64,000 nt of DNA from Acidobacteriota bacterium. GTDB taxonomy: Bacteria; Acidobacteriota; UBA6911. The notes below the pieces were generated by a model. It made no database searches and was not told where the DNA came from. It saw nothing but the letters and a program-made list of their open reading frames with translations. Where the stretch lies: NCBI GenBank assembly GCA_016929335.1, contig JAFGIY010000014.1, positions 30,586 through 94,585 of the forward strand. Reading direction: 5' to 3'. Shown piece after piece: positions 36,147 through 45,833 of the stretch; the first letter of the stretch is position 1; each line of letters opens with the position of its first letter. A program made the translations under genes and the position numbers.

Positions 36147-36190
36147 GCCACGAATTGCACGAACTTGTAAGCATTCGTGCAATTCGTGGC
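36147..36190 (-). terminator. Family-A hairpin copy A4, terminator of gdhA
   Basis: GCCACGAATTGCACGAA-cttgtaagc-ATTCGTGCAATTCGTGGC. On the minus strand it is followed by TTTTGTTTT. Confidence 0.75.
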
Positions 36191-36212
36191 TGAAAGAACC
36201 TCCGCGATCCCG

Positions 36213-37574
36213 CTAGACGAGACCTTGATCCATCATGGCATCCGCCACCTTCAGGAAACCGCCGATGTTGGCGCCATTGACATAATTGCCCGGCGTGCCG
36301 AAACGTTCGGCGCATTCCACGCAGGTTGCATGAATGCTTTTCATGATGATGCTGAGCCGCTTGTCGACTTCCTGCTTCGTCCAGGGCATCCGCATGCTGT
36401 TCTGTGCCATTTCGAGACCGGAAACCGCCACGCCACCCGCGTTGGCGGCCTTCCCGGGAGCATAAAGGATCTTCGAATCCAGGAAGAGACGGACGCCTTC
36501 AAAATGCGTAGGCATATTTGCGCCTTCGCCGACTACGTAGACGCCGTTCTTAAGCAGGTTTTTGGCATCCTTCGCATTGATCTCGTTTTGCGTCGCGCTC
36601 GGGAATGCGCAATCCGCCTTGTGGTCCCACAAAGGATTATAGTCCTTGGAGCGGTCCACCGGTACATACACGGCATTTTTGTACTTTTCCGCATAGTTCT
36701 TAATGCGTCCGCGCTTGACGTTCTTCAAGTCCATGATGAATTCGAGCTTCCTGACGTCGATGCCTTCATCATCATAAATATAGCCGTCGGAATCGGAGAC
36801 CGTTACCACTTTGCCGCCGAGCTGGAGAATCTTTTCGATAGTGTATTGCGATACGTTGCCGCTGCCGGAGACGAGGCAGGTCTTGCCTTCGAGCGTCTGG
36901 TTGCGGGTAGTCAGCATTTCCGCACAGAAATAGACACATCCGTATCCGGTCGCTTCGGGCCTGATGAGAGAACCGCCCCAATTCAAACCCTTGCCTGTCA
37001 GCACGCCGGTGAATTCATTTCTCAACCTCTTATACTGGCCGAACAAGTAGCCGATCTCTCTGCCGCCGACGCCGATATCCCCTGCAGGTACGTCGGTGTC
37101 CGGGCCTATGTGCCGGAAGAGCTCCGTCATGAAACTCTGGCAGAACCTCATGACTTCATTGTTGCTTTTGCCCTTCGGATCGAAATCGGATCCGCCTTTC
37201 CCGCCGCCTATCGGCAGAGTGGTGAGGCTGTTCTTGAAAACCTGTTCAAATGCCAGGAATTTTAAAATTCCCAGATTTACGGATGGGTGGAAGCGCAAAC
37301 CGCCCTTGTAGGGACCGATGGCGCTGTTCATTTCGATTCGGTATCCGCGGTTGACCTGGATTTCACCCTGGTCGTCCATCCAGGGCACGCGGAACATAAT
37401 GAGTCGCTCCGGTTCTACCATGCGTTCAAGAATTTTTGCGGATCTATACTCAGGGTGCCTGTCCAGCACCAGTGCAAGAGACTCAACAACTTCCTGGACG
37501 GCCTGATGAAACTCGGTCTCGCCCGGATTTTTGGCCTGCAGGCGAGCCATGAAAATGTTCACATAATCTACCAT
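36213..37574 (-). CDS. gdhA: NADP-specific glutamate dehydrogenase
   Basis: 453 aa with the catalytic-Lys block LPIGGGKGGSDFDPKGKS and the N-terminus ...NPGETEFHQAVQEV... typical of hexameric GDH. Confidence 0.95.
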   Translation of the reverse strand: MVDYVNIFMARLQAKNPGETEFHQAVQEVVESLALVLDRHPEYRSAKILERMVEPERLIMFRVPWMDDQGEIQVNRGYRIEMNSAIGPYKGGLRFHPSVNLGILKFLAFEQVFKNSLTTLPIGGGKGGSDFDPKGKSNNEVMRFCQSFMTELFRHIGPDTDVPAGDIGVGGREIGYLFGQYKRLRNEFTGVLTGKGLNWGGSLIRPEATGYGCVYFCAEMLTTRNQTLEGKTCLVSGSGNVSQYTIEKILQLGGKVVTVSDSDGYIYDDEGIDVRKLEFIMDLKNVKRGRIKNYAEKYKNAVYVPVDRSKDYNPLWDHKADCAFPSATQNEINAKDAKNLLKNGVYVVGEGANMPTHFEGVRLFLDSKILYAPGKAANAGGVAVSGLEMAQNSMRMPWTKQEVDKRLSIIMKSIHATCVECAERFGTPGNYVNGANIGGFLKVADAMMDQGLV

Positions 37575-37857
37575 TGAAATGCTCCTTTATCTTATCAAGG
37601 GGCTGAAAAAGAACCTGTTTAAACTAAAGATCGACCTGACACTCACTATTCTCGTGCTCCCTTTCCCTGCAGGAGTTGCGTTTCTTATCCTCGGAATATA
37701 TTGGAGTCTGCAACATCCCATGCCGGCCGATGCGGTCAGAGATTCGCCTTGCCACATAAACGAATCCATAAAAAACCAGCGGGACCCAAGCATACCACAA
37801 AAGATTTCACCGGTATGCGACATATTTCGGGGACAGTCACCAGTGTCCCCATAACCA

Positions 37858-38697
37858 TCAGTCTTGTTTGGAGGATGATGCGGGTTGTTCTGTCCAGAGA
37901 TCCGAGATGCGGCGCGCTCCCAGGTAGCGCATTGTGTACCAGATTTTGTTGAGATCACTGACGATTACCTGCCGGGCTTTACGAGCCGCATGCAGAAACT
38001 TATCGTTGCCGATATAAATGCCCACATGCGTCGGATTCTTTCCGCCGGAAGAAAAAAAGACGAGATCGCCCGGCTCCAGCTTGTCGCGATCTATTTTTTC
38101 GCCCTTCTTGAACTGCTCGCGGGACGTGCGGGGCAATTCAATATCAAATCTGGAGAACAGGCTTTTCACAAGGCCGGAGCAGTCAAATCCGGTCTTTGTG
38201 GAACAACCGCTGCGTCGGTAACGAATCCCAATCATCTGGAAGCCGGCTTCCACAAGACGCAGCCGCGTCGATGAAGATTCTTCGTCTGAAATCAGAGCCT
38301 GTTCTTTCAGCTGAGAAATATGCCGGGCGGCGGCTTCCTGGTTCTGCGAAACCTTGGGTTCCGAATCCCGGGGAGGAGCCATCTCCGAATTCGGAACGAT
38401 GAGCCTTTGGCCGGCCTTGATTCTGCTGTTCTTCAGCCCGTTGAGGGATTTCAGCATTGCGACGGTCGTCTGATTCGCCCGCGCGATTCTGATGAGATTA
38501 TCTCCCTTTTTCACTAAATAGGTTTGGTCGGAGCTCAGATGATCTGACGGATTGGCGTCGTGCTTCGCCGTAATATTATCTGCCGTCGATTTTGGCAAGT
38601 TAACGGAGGTTTTTGTGAAGCCTGGAATGGAGACCAATAGAAAGACAAGCGCTGCTGGGAAAAAGGCGGTGCGGCATCGTCCCTTCATCGATTCCAA
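37858..38697 (-). CDS. LysM domain / NlpC-P60 peptidoglycan hydrolase
   Basis: It has a signal peptide, LysM (YLVKKGDNLIRIARANQTTVAMLKSLNGL...) and an NlpC/P60 catalytic region (GFDCSGLV ... HVGIYIG). Confidence 0.85.
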   Translation of the reverse strand: MESMKGRCRTAFFPAALVFLLVSIPGFTKTSVNLPKSTADNITAKHDANPSDHLSSDQTYLVKKGDNLIRIARANQTTVAMLKSLNGLKNSRIKAGQRLIVPNSEMAPPRDSEPKVSQNQEAAARHISQLKEQALISDEESSSTRLRLVEAGFQMIGIRYRRSGCSTKTGFDCSGLVKSLFSRFDIELPRTSREQFKKGEKIDRDKLEPGDLVFFSSGGKNPTHVGIYIGNDKFLHAARKARQVIVSDLNKIWYTMRYLGARRISDLWTEQPASSSKQD

Positions 38698-38878
38698 TCC
38701 CCAAAATTATACCGTTTATGCAAACAACCCGCATTTTCCAGGGTAATGCGGATCTGGTATCGCCCTTTACCGGCTACGCGAAAATGTCTGCGTTTCGCAC
38801 AGCGGCCCGAGCAAGCGAGCCTATCATATAAAAATGGGAGGGAAAGGCAATTAAAAAGTATTCATTCGGTGATTTAAG

Positions 38879-39343
38879 TCACATGGATCGAGTTGGATGC
38901 AGGGGAAGCGCCATGAAAACGGTTTGCAGGATCTCCCCGCATATCTCAAAAGCGCAGGGTCCCTTATCTGCAAATCCGCAAGCTCTGTAAAACCCGGCAG
39001 CCTGCCGGGAAGAATAAACAAAAATATCAGAGAATAAAGCGGGAGGAACCATGCTCTTGATATGTTCCAGCAGCATGCGTCCGATGCCTTGGTCCTGGTA
39101 TTCCGGCGAGACGTAAAGAAGACGGATTTCATTCATATCCAGGCCGGCTACGCCCATTATCCGGTCGTCCGACTCATAGACGGCAATATAAAAAAGACCG
39201 GCACGATCCTTCATACTCTCAAGAGTCTCCGCATCGCGGATCTTCTGCAGGAGCGGGGAGGGATAGGACGGATCTCTTTCCAGGCATGCATGGATCAGTG
39301 CGCAACAGGATTCAGCGTCACCGGATTGGAATGGTCGGATCAT
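38879..39343 (-). CDS. GNAT family N-acetyltransferase
   Basis: 154 aa with the acetyl-CoA binding motif QDQGIGRMLLEH. Confidence 0.8.
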   Translation of the reverse strand: MIRPFQSGDAESCCALIHACLERDPSYPSPLLQKIRDAETLESMKDRAGLFYIAVYESDDRIMGVAGLDMNEIRLLYVSPEYQDQGIGRMLLEHIKSMVPPALFSDIFVYSSRQAAGFYRACGFADKGPCAFEICGEILQTVFMALPLHPTRSM

Positions 39344-39434
39344 TCTGCAAGTTTATCGCAAAACGAGCAAAGTTTGGCCAGTATTAGCGCCAGCTAAGCT
39401 TGCGGCCTATGACCGTGCGACCCTGATAGGCTAA

Positions 39435-39617
39435 GCCGTTCCGGCGTGCCGTTGACATGGATAGATATGCGATGAATGGAAGAAGTTTTTTCGGGGTCGG
39501 GGTCGGTATCGGGGTCGTTTTGGAAAGGATATTAAGTGCGACCGCAATGGATATGGTCCGTTGCCAAAAGCCGACCCCGACCCCGACCCCGAGATATCAA
39601 AAATTCGCCCCGCTGTC
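39435..39617 (+). repeat. Family-B element copy B3
   Basis: The head is GCCGTTCCGGCGTGCCGTTGACATGGATAGATATGCGATGAATGGAAGAAG. The arms are 39492-39517 and 39571-39592. The tail GAGATATCAAAAATTCGCCCCGCTGT matches B1. Confidence 0.75.
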
Positions 39618-39691
39618 TGAGCCGTATGTTTGAATAGGATGGATAGTATATACTTCAGAGGATAGTTGATGAATCACAGGAGGTTCTGGCT

Positions 39692-40216
39692 TTGACGAAA
39701 AGTAAAGCACTCATAGCGTATGTGGCTCTAGGTCTCGCATTAATTACACTCGCCGGATGCACGCAGCCGCCTGCTGAAGTCGAGCAGGCAGTTCAGGTCG
39801 GATTGAAAGCTCCGGCATTCACGCTCCCGGATCTCAGCGGGCAGCAAGTTACGCTGGATCAATTCAAAGGAAAAGTCGTTATGCTGGAGTTCTGGGCAAC
39901 CTGGTGCGGGCCCTGCCGTATGACCATGCCGCTTATGGAATCCATCCAGAAGGAGTTCGGCGATAACCTGATCCTATTGACCATTAACCTCCAGGAGCCG
40001 ATGGATGTCGTTCGGGATTATGTCCGGGCTGAGAATGTCCACTCGCGCGTCCTGCTGGATGAAGAAGGTTCCGTTGGTCTCCTTTATGGAACGGACTCGA
40101 TCCCGTTGCAGATCCTGATCGATAAGCAGGGGATTGTGCGGTTCATCCAGGCGGGATTTGGTCCCGGCACGCCTTCCCAACTCCGCGGGGAAATCAAGAG
40201 GCTGATCGCCGGATGA
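39692..40216 (+). CDS. TlpA/ResA-family thiol:disulfide oxidoreductase lipoprotein
   Basis: TTG start 8 nt after AGGAGG, lipobox LAGC and the thioredoxin motif WATWCGPC. Confidence 0.85.
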   Translation: MTKSKALIAYVALGLALITLAGCTQPPAEVEQAVQVGLKAPAFTLPDLSGQQVTLDQFKGKVVMLEFWATWCGPCRMTMPLMESIQKEFGDNLILLTINLQEPMDVVRDYVRAENVHSRVLLDEEGSVGLLYGTDSIPLQILIDKQGIVRFIQAGFGPGTPSQLRGEIKRLIAG

Positions 40217-40219
40217 CAT

Positions 40220-41200
40220 TCATCGGAGCTTTTCGAATTTGCGGACTGCCAGGTCTGCGAGTGCGTCGATGAATTTGGGATAGACATTCAGAGAGGCGGA
40301 CCGGCGGAATTCCTTGATCCCCGATTGCGCTGCCAGGCTTTTGTATTGAATGTCGATCTCCTGCAGCGTTTCTATATGGTCGGATACAAAGCTGATGGGG
40401 ATTGCCAGGATCCCGGCACTCCCTTTCCTGCCCATCTCCATCAGCACTTCTTTGGTTGACGGGCCAAGCCACTTTACCGGACCAACCTTGCTTTGAAATG
40501 CCAGACTGGAGGCAAGCCTGTTTCCCAGCCGTGCATTGATCAGGGCCACCGATCGTTGCGTTTGTTCCAAAAAGGGATCGCCGCGTTCCACATAACTGGC
40601 CGGGATAGAATGGGCGCTATAAAGCAATGAAATTTTTTCGCGCTCCGGCATGCGAAATTCCTGCAATCCCTTTTCTATCAGTTCAGCCATCGATTCGATA
40701 TAGAGCGGTTGATCACACCAGGATTCGACAGGCGATATTTGCATCCTGGATGAAAGGCCGAGTTCCTGATCCAGAACACGAAAATATTTTAAACAGGACC
40801 CCGTAGTCGTTACGGAGAACTGGGGGAACAGAGGGAGAAGGACGAGGCGTGTGACCTGATCTTTTAGAATCCGGCCGGCAGCTTCATCAATTGACGGCTT
40901 CCAGCAGCGCATTCCTACATAGACGTTGGCATCCATATTTCTGGCAATCAGCGCGCGGCTCAGCGCGGCAGCCTGATCTTCGGTAATTTTCCGCAGCGGG
41001 GATCCTCCCCCGATCTGGCGATAAAGATCCCGTGATTTGCCCTGGCGGATTGTAGAGATCAGCCATGCCAGCATCCTGCGCAGCAGGTTGCTCTTTATAT
41101 GAATGATGTCGGGATCCGAGAAGAGATTGTAAAGGAAAGGACGTACGTCTTCGAGCGTTTCAGGTCCGCCCAGATTGAAAAGCAGAACGCCCCGCTTCAT
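40220..41200 (-). CDS. hemH: Ferrochelatase
   Basis: 326 aa from ATG 41200 (MKRGVLLFNLGGPETLEDVRPFLYNLFSDPDII...). The longer track ORF overlaps the hemN 3' end. Confidence 0.9.
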   Translation of the reverse strand: MKRGVLLFNLGGPETLEDVRPFLYNLFSDPDIIHIKSNLLRRMLAWLISTIRQGKSRDLYRQIGGGSPLRKITEDQAAALSRALIARNMDANVYVGMRCWKPSIDEAAGRILKDQVTRLVLLPLFPQFSVTTTGSCLKYFRVLDQELGLSSRMQISPVESWCDQPLYIESMAELIEKGLQEFRMPEREKISLLYSAHSIPASYVERGDPFLEQTQRSVALINARLGNRLASSLAFQSKVGPVKWLGPSTKEVLMEMGRKGSAGILAIPISFVSDHIETLQEIDIQYKSLAAQSGIKEFRRSASLNVYPKFIDALADLAVRKFEKLR

Positions 41201-41345
41201 GAATTTGTCCGCCGGGACAATTGTATAATCCTCAGTAACATAGAATCCAGAACCCCGAATGAATCGAGCCTGGAAATTAGGCAAGGGAGACAAACCGTCC
41301 CTGTTTCCAACTCCTGTATCCTGACCGCTGACAGCTGTCAGCTCC

Positions 41346-42755
41346 CTACAGCGTTTTCGAAAATACCGGCTTTTCCTTTGGCTTCCGCAGATATTTGTCG
41401 AATACCATTCCAACATTTCGAATGAAAATACGTCCAAGCTGTGTTACTGCGATGCCGCCGTCGCTCAGTGTGACCAGACCGTCGGTTTGCAGCAGATTCA
41501 GCCCGGCAAGCTCTTCGGCGAAATACTCGTCGAACCGGATGCCGAATTCCGATTCGACTTCTTTCTTTTGAAGCATGCAATGGCACAGCAGGCGGCTGAT
41601 GACGGATCGCCGGATCACATCGTCGTCGTTCAGGTTTATGCCGCGCATGATGGGGAGTTCTCCCTGTTCTATCGCGGCGTAATATTCCCTAAGATCTCGG
41701 CGGTTCTGGGCATAGGTTCTGTCGATACCGCTGATCGAGCTCACTCCAAAGCCGATCAGGTCGGCGCCTGCCTTCGTGGTATAGCCCTGAAAGTTCCGGT
41801 GCAGCGTCCTGTTTTTCTGAGCGATACATAGCTCATCGCCCGGACGGGCGAAATGGTCCATGCCGATGTAGAGGTAGCCCGCGCCGGTGAACCGCTGAAT
41901 TCCGGCGCGGAAAATCTGAAACTTATCCATTCCCTGCGGTATGTATTTTGCGATGGCGCCCTGCTGCTTCTTTAGCCACGGCACGTGAGCGTAGCTGAAC
42001 ATCGCCACCCGATCCGGGTTCATTTCTATAATTTTGTCGACGGAGTTCAGGAAACTCTCCGGCGTTTGCTTCGGGAGGCCGTAAATGAGATCGATGTTGA
42101 TGGATTCAAAGGCGAGCGTCCTGCACGCATCAAAGGCGGCCCTGGTCATTTCATAGGGTTGGATCCGGCGGACGATCTCTTGAACCTCGGGATCGAAATC
42201 CTGAATGCCCATGGAAATCCGGTTGAAGCCGAGCTTGCGCAGAGTGATCAATTGATCCTCCCGGGTTACGCGGGGATCGATCTCAATGCCGATTTCAGCA
42301 TCCGGGGCGAAGCGAAAGCGTTCTTTTGTGTAGAGAAACAGCTGCTCCAATTGCGCGGCATTATAATAGGTAGGCGTGCCGCCGCCCCAATGGAATTGCA
42401 CGACCGGCCGCGATGTATCCATCCTGCGGGCAATCCGGTCGATCTCCCATTCCAGCTTTTCAAGGTAGGGAATCGCAACGTCGTGGTTCCTGTTAATCAC
42501 CACGTTGCAGCCGCAGAACAGGCACAGGCGGTCGCAAAAGGGAAGATGCATGTACAGCGACAACGGCCGTACCGGACGGGCATCATTGGATTGCTGCAGC
42601 GCCCGCTCATAATCCGGCGGCCCGAAGGAATCATGCCATTCCGGCGCGGTTGGATAGCTTGTGTAACGCGGCCCGGCGACATTGTACCGGTCCAATATCT
42701 CATGCGTCACATTCAGCGTCTCACCCTGGATCCTGATATCCAATTGCATAGCCAA
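41346..42755 (-). CDS. hemN: Oxygen-independent coproporphyrinogen III oxidase (radical SAM)
   Basis: 469 aa. ...YNVAGPRYTSYPTAPEW... and the radical SAM cluster PFCDRLCLFCGC are typical of HemN. Confidence 0.9.
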   Translation of the reverse strand: MAMQLDIRIQGETLNVTHEILDRYNVAGPRYTSYPTAPEWHDSFGPPDYERALQQSNDARPVRPLSLYMHLPFCDRLCLFCGCNVVINRNHDVAIPYLEKLEWEIDRIARRMDTSRPVVQFHWGGGTPTYYNAAQLEQLFLYTKERFRFAPDAEIGIEIDPRVTREDQLITLRKLGFNRISMGIQDFDPEVQEIVRRIQPYEMTRAAFDACRTLAFESINIDLIYGLPKQTPESFLNSVDKIIEMNPDRVAMFSYAHVPWLKKQQGAIAKYIPQGMDKFQIFRAGIQRFTGAGYLYIGMDHFARPGDELCIAQKNRTLHRNFQGYTTKAGADLIGFGVSSISGIDRTYAQNRRDLREYYAAIEQGELPIMRGINLNDDDVIRRSVISRLLCHCMLQKKEVESEFGIRFDEYFAEELAGLNLLQTDGLVTLSDGGIAVTQLGRIFIRNVGMVFDKYLRKPKEKPVFSKTL

Positions 42756-42802
42756 AAGTTATCACAGGATCAACAAAGCGGAAACATCAACCTGGCAATA
42801 GA

Positions 42803-42884
42803 GGTTTCCCGTTTCCGGTTTCCCGTTCCCCGTTGAAAGCAGCTGGTAGGGAACCGGAAACGGGAAACGGGGAACGGGAAACCC
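42803..42884. repeat. Family-C heptamer-armed hairpin, copy C2 (downstream of the M16 peptidase gene, upstream of hemN)
   Basis: GGTTTCCCGTTTCCGGTTTCCCGTTCCCCGTT-gaaagcagctggta-GGGAACCGGAAACGGGAAACGGGGAACGGGAAACCC. Confidence 0.75.
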
Positions 42885-42891
42885 GCTACCA

Positions 42892-45627
42892 TCAGGAGTT
42901 GCCGGCGGAGTCACGAATTTCGATTGGGCCCAGGTTCAGCTTCCGGAGTTCCGGCTCAATTTTGCCTCGATCGCCGACCGCCACAATAACCATATCCTCC
43001 GGCCTCAGATAATTTTGAGCGACCCGCCGGACTTCGGCAGCCGAGATATTCTGAATCTGATCCGGGAGCTTGTGATAGTAATGGAGTGGAAGGCCATGAA
43101 CAAAAAGCTGGCCGATGCTCGAGGCGGATTCCGGAGTGGTTTCGAACAGGCCCGGCAGCGAGCGTGCCATCGAATCTTTAGCCGTTGCCAGCTCCTCCGG
43201 AGTCACTTCGCTGTCGCGCATGCGTTCAATCTCGCGAAAGATCTCCGTCACCGCCGCCGCAGTTACGTCCGTACGCACGGATGTCCCTATCAGGAAGGGG
43301 CCCGCTCCGCGTCTGAAAACAAAAGAGGATGAGGCTCCGTAGGTGTACCCATGCTGCTCGCGCAGATTCAGATTTATCCTGCTCGAAAACAATCCGCCCA
43401 GAACCGTGTTCATTACATCTAGGGCGACATAATCGGGACTGGACTGAGGAGCGCCGACGTGTCCGATACGGAGAACGGTCTGGGGAGCTTCCGGCTTCTC
43501 AACGATCAAAATCCGGCGGGCCGTTCTGTCCGTGACCGCAGGCGCCTGGCCGATACATCCCGTTCCTTTCCACCCGCCGAAATATTTTTCAGCCACTTCG
43601 CCCAGCTCGGATTCGGTCATATCTCCTGCGACCACCAGCGCTGAGTTGGAAGGGAAATAGCCCTTCTGATAAAAGCTCAGAAGATGGTCGCGCGCGATGG
43701 CCTTGTTGGATTCCTCTGTGCCGATGTCCATGTGCCCGTAGGGATGGGAGGAACCATAAACCGCCTCGAAGAAGACCTTGATCGACAAAACGTTGGGACT
43801 GTCTTTCTGCTGCAGAATGTGAGTCAGCCGGTCGTGGCGGATTCGCTCGATCTCTTCCTGCTCAAACGCGGGATTCAGAAGTATGTCGGCGGCAAGCTCA
43901 AACGCCGCATCAGCGTTTTTCTTGAGAGTGCGCGCAGCAACGAAAGCGTAGTCCGCTGAAGATCCCGTCGTCAGCGTGGCTCCTATCTGGTCCGCATCTG
44001 CCGCTATCTTCAATGAAGAGCGCTTCCCGGTTCCTTCGTCCAGCATCTCGGCCGTGAAAGATGCATGGCCGGGATGGCTTGGAAGATTCTGGTCGCTTCC
44101 GCAAAGGGTTATTACATTTGCCGAGACTATGGGAAGGCTGTGTTCTTCGACCAGAAATACGGTGAAGCCGTTGCCAAGATTGAATTTTTTTGGAATAGGC
44201 AGATTGATTGCAGGCGGCGGGCCGGGTAATGGGAGTGATTTCCGCCAGTCCTGTCCTGCGATTTCGATCTTTTCCAGGACGGCTTCGCCGGAGGAATGAG
44301 CGGATTTTGGGACATCATTTACGACTTTTTGGCCGGGGATACCCCATACTACGACGCCTGATTCGCGTTTGAATTGTTTCCGGGCGAGATTTTTCAGCGA
44401 GGCCACGCCGGCTTTCGCGTAACGTTCCATATCCCTGGGAAGAAATCCCGGATCTCCGAGGAAATGATTGTACAGGTTCAGTCGATCGGCAAAGCCTCCG
44501 AGGTTTTCCAGCGCACGAATTATCGAAGACTCTATCGTGTTTCGCGCTCTATCGAGTTCTGCCTGCGTGGGGCCGTCTTTTTGAAATTTTTCAAGCTCGT
44601 TCCGGATCGCATCCTCGAGTTGTTGGGGTTCAACGCCGGGCTTTCCGGTTGCATCGATGACAAATACAGAACCCAGAGCCAGAGAGGCTTGATGAGCGCT
44701 GACGTCCTGCGCAATACGCTTCTCGTAGACAAGGCTTTCGTACAGGCGGCTGGATTTGCCCCCTCCCAGGATTCTGGCTATCAGGTCGCATTCGGCATCT
44801 CCCTGCGTGAAAATAGGATCGGTGATCCATGCCAGATACACGCGCGGCAATTCAACCTGATCGCCCACGACTGCCCGCCTCTCGGATGCAATGGGCGGCG
44901 TTGTCTTTGAAGGAGAAGGAACCGGGCTTCCGGCGGGCAGAGGGCCGAAATATTTTTCGACAAGCTCTCTTGTTTTATCCGGCTCGATATCTCCGACAAT
45001 GGCAAGGCTTGCGTTGTTAGGCGCATAGTACAGCCGGAAAAAATTCCTTACATCCTCGATCTGCGCCGATTCGATGTCGGCATGCGAGCCCATTATCGAT
45101 GAATAATACGGGTGATCTTTCGGGAAAATCTGGTGAAACAGCTCTTCCTGAACGAGTCCGTAGGGCGCGTTTTCAATGACCTGACGGCGCTCATTCCGGA
45201 CCACGTCGCACTGGTTTTCCAGCTTTCGGAGATCGATCTGGTCAAGCAGGAAACCCATGCGGTCGCTCTCGAGCCATAAAGCAAGCTCCAGCTGATTCGA
45301 CGGCAGCGTCTCAAAGTAATTGGTGCGATCGAAATCCGTGGAGCCGTTGATGGTGCTTGCGCCGGCGGCTTCCAGATAAAGGAAATGCCCCTTCTCCCCC
45401 ACATGCTTCGATCCTTCGAACATCATGTGTTCGAACAGATGCGCGAATCCGGTCAGCCCCGGACGTTCGTTGACGGGGCCGACGTGATACCAGATATTCA
45501 CCGCGACGAGCGGAAGGCGATGGTCTTCCAGCAGGATTACGTCGAGGCCGTTCTTTAGTTTGTATTTATGGTATTGAAAGTCCGGGACAACCTGTTTTTT
45601 TGCCACAATCTCTCCATGGATTCGCAA
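42892..45627 (-). CDS. M16 (pitrilysin/insulinase) family zinc peptidase, duplicated-unit type
   Basis: 911 aa with the inverted zinc motif HLFEHMMFEG (HxxEH) near the N-terminus. The second half is M16-like without the motif. Confidence 0.85.
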   Translation of the reverse strand: MRIHGEIVAKKQVVPDFQYHKYKLKNGLDVILLEDHRLPLVAVNIWYHVGPVNERPGLTGFAHLFEHMMFEGSKHVGEKGHFLYLEAAGASTINGSTDFDRTNYFETLPSNQLELALWLESDRMGFLLDQIDLRKLENQCDVVRNERRQVIENAPYGLVQEELFHQIFPKDHPYYSSIMGSHADIESAQIEDVRNFFRLYYAPNNASLAIVGDIEPDKTRELVEKYFGPLPAGSPVPSPSKTTPPIASERRAVVGDQVELPRVYLAWITDPIFTQGDAECDLIARILGGGKSSRLYESLVYEKRIAQDVSAHQASLALGSVFVIDATGKPGVEPQQLEDAIRNELEKFQKDGPTQAELDRARNTIESSIIRALENLGGFADRLNLYNHFLGDPGFLPRDMERYAKAGVASLKNLARKQFKRESGVVVWGIPGQKVVNDVPKSAHSSGEAVLEKIEIAGQDWRKSLPLPGPPPAINLPIPKKFNLGNGFTVFLVEEHSLPIVSANVITLCGSDQNLPSHPGHASFTAEMLDEGTGKRSSLKIAADADQIGATLTTGSSADYAFVAARTLKKNADAAFELAADILLNPAFEQEEIERIRHDRLTHILQQKDSPNVLSIKVFFEAVYGSSHPYGHMDIGTEESNKAIARDHLLSFYQKGYFPSNSALVVAGDMTESELGEVAEKYFGGWKGTGCIGQAPAVTDRTARRILIVEKPEAPQTVLRIGHVGAPQSSPDYVALDVMNTVLGGLFSSRINLNLREQHGYTYGASSSFVFRRGAGPFLIGTSVRTDVTAAAVTEIFREIERMRDSEVTPEELATAKDSMARSLPGLFETTPESASSIGQLFVHGLPLHYYHKLPDQIQNISAAEVRRVAQNYLRPEDMVIVAVGDRGKIEPELRKLNLGPIEIRDSAGNS

Positions 45628-45636
45628 GCTATTGAA

Positions 45637-45699
45637 CCTGGACCTGGATTTAGCGGTATCTGCAAATTTCGCAGGATAAAAGGCTGAAGTCCAGGTCCA
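45637..45699. repeat. Hexamer-armed hairpin (CCTGGA)2 / (TCCAGG)-type
   Basis: CCTGGACCTGGA (45637-45648) pairs with TCCAGGTCCA (45690-45699). Confidence 0.5.
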
Positions 45700-45833
45700 C
45701 GAGCCGGGCAGATCATCATATTACGCGGAAATAGATAATGATATTTCCCGCACGCGTTACGCAGCCCGCAAAAGCCTACCATAATTGCCGGGAAGCAGAA
45801 ACAAGCGGATTGTTGCCGCTCAGGAGGGCCTTT

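Noticed and set aside
37709-37725. Sigma-54-like promoter upstream of gdhA (minus strand CGGCATGGGATGTTGCA).
   Set aside because: The GG-to-GC spacing is one nucleotide too long for the -24/-12 consensus, and the -24 element is imperfect.
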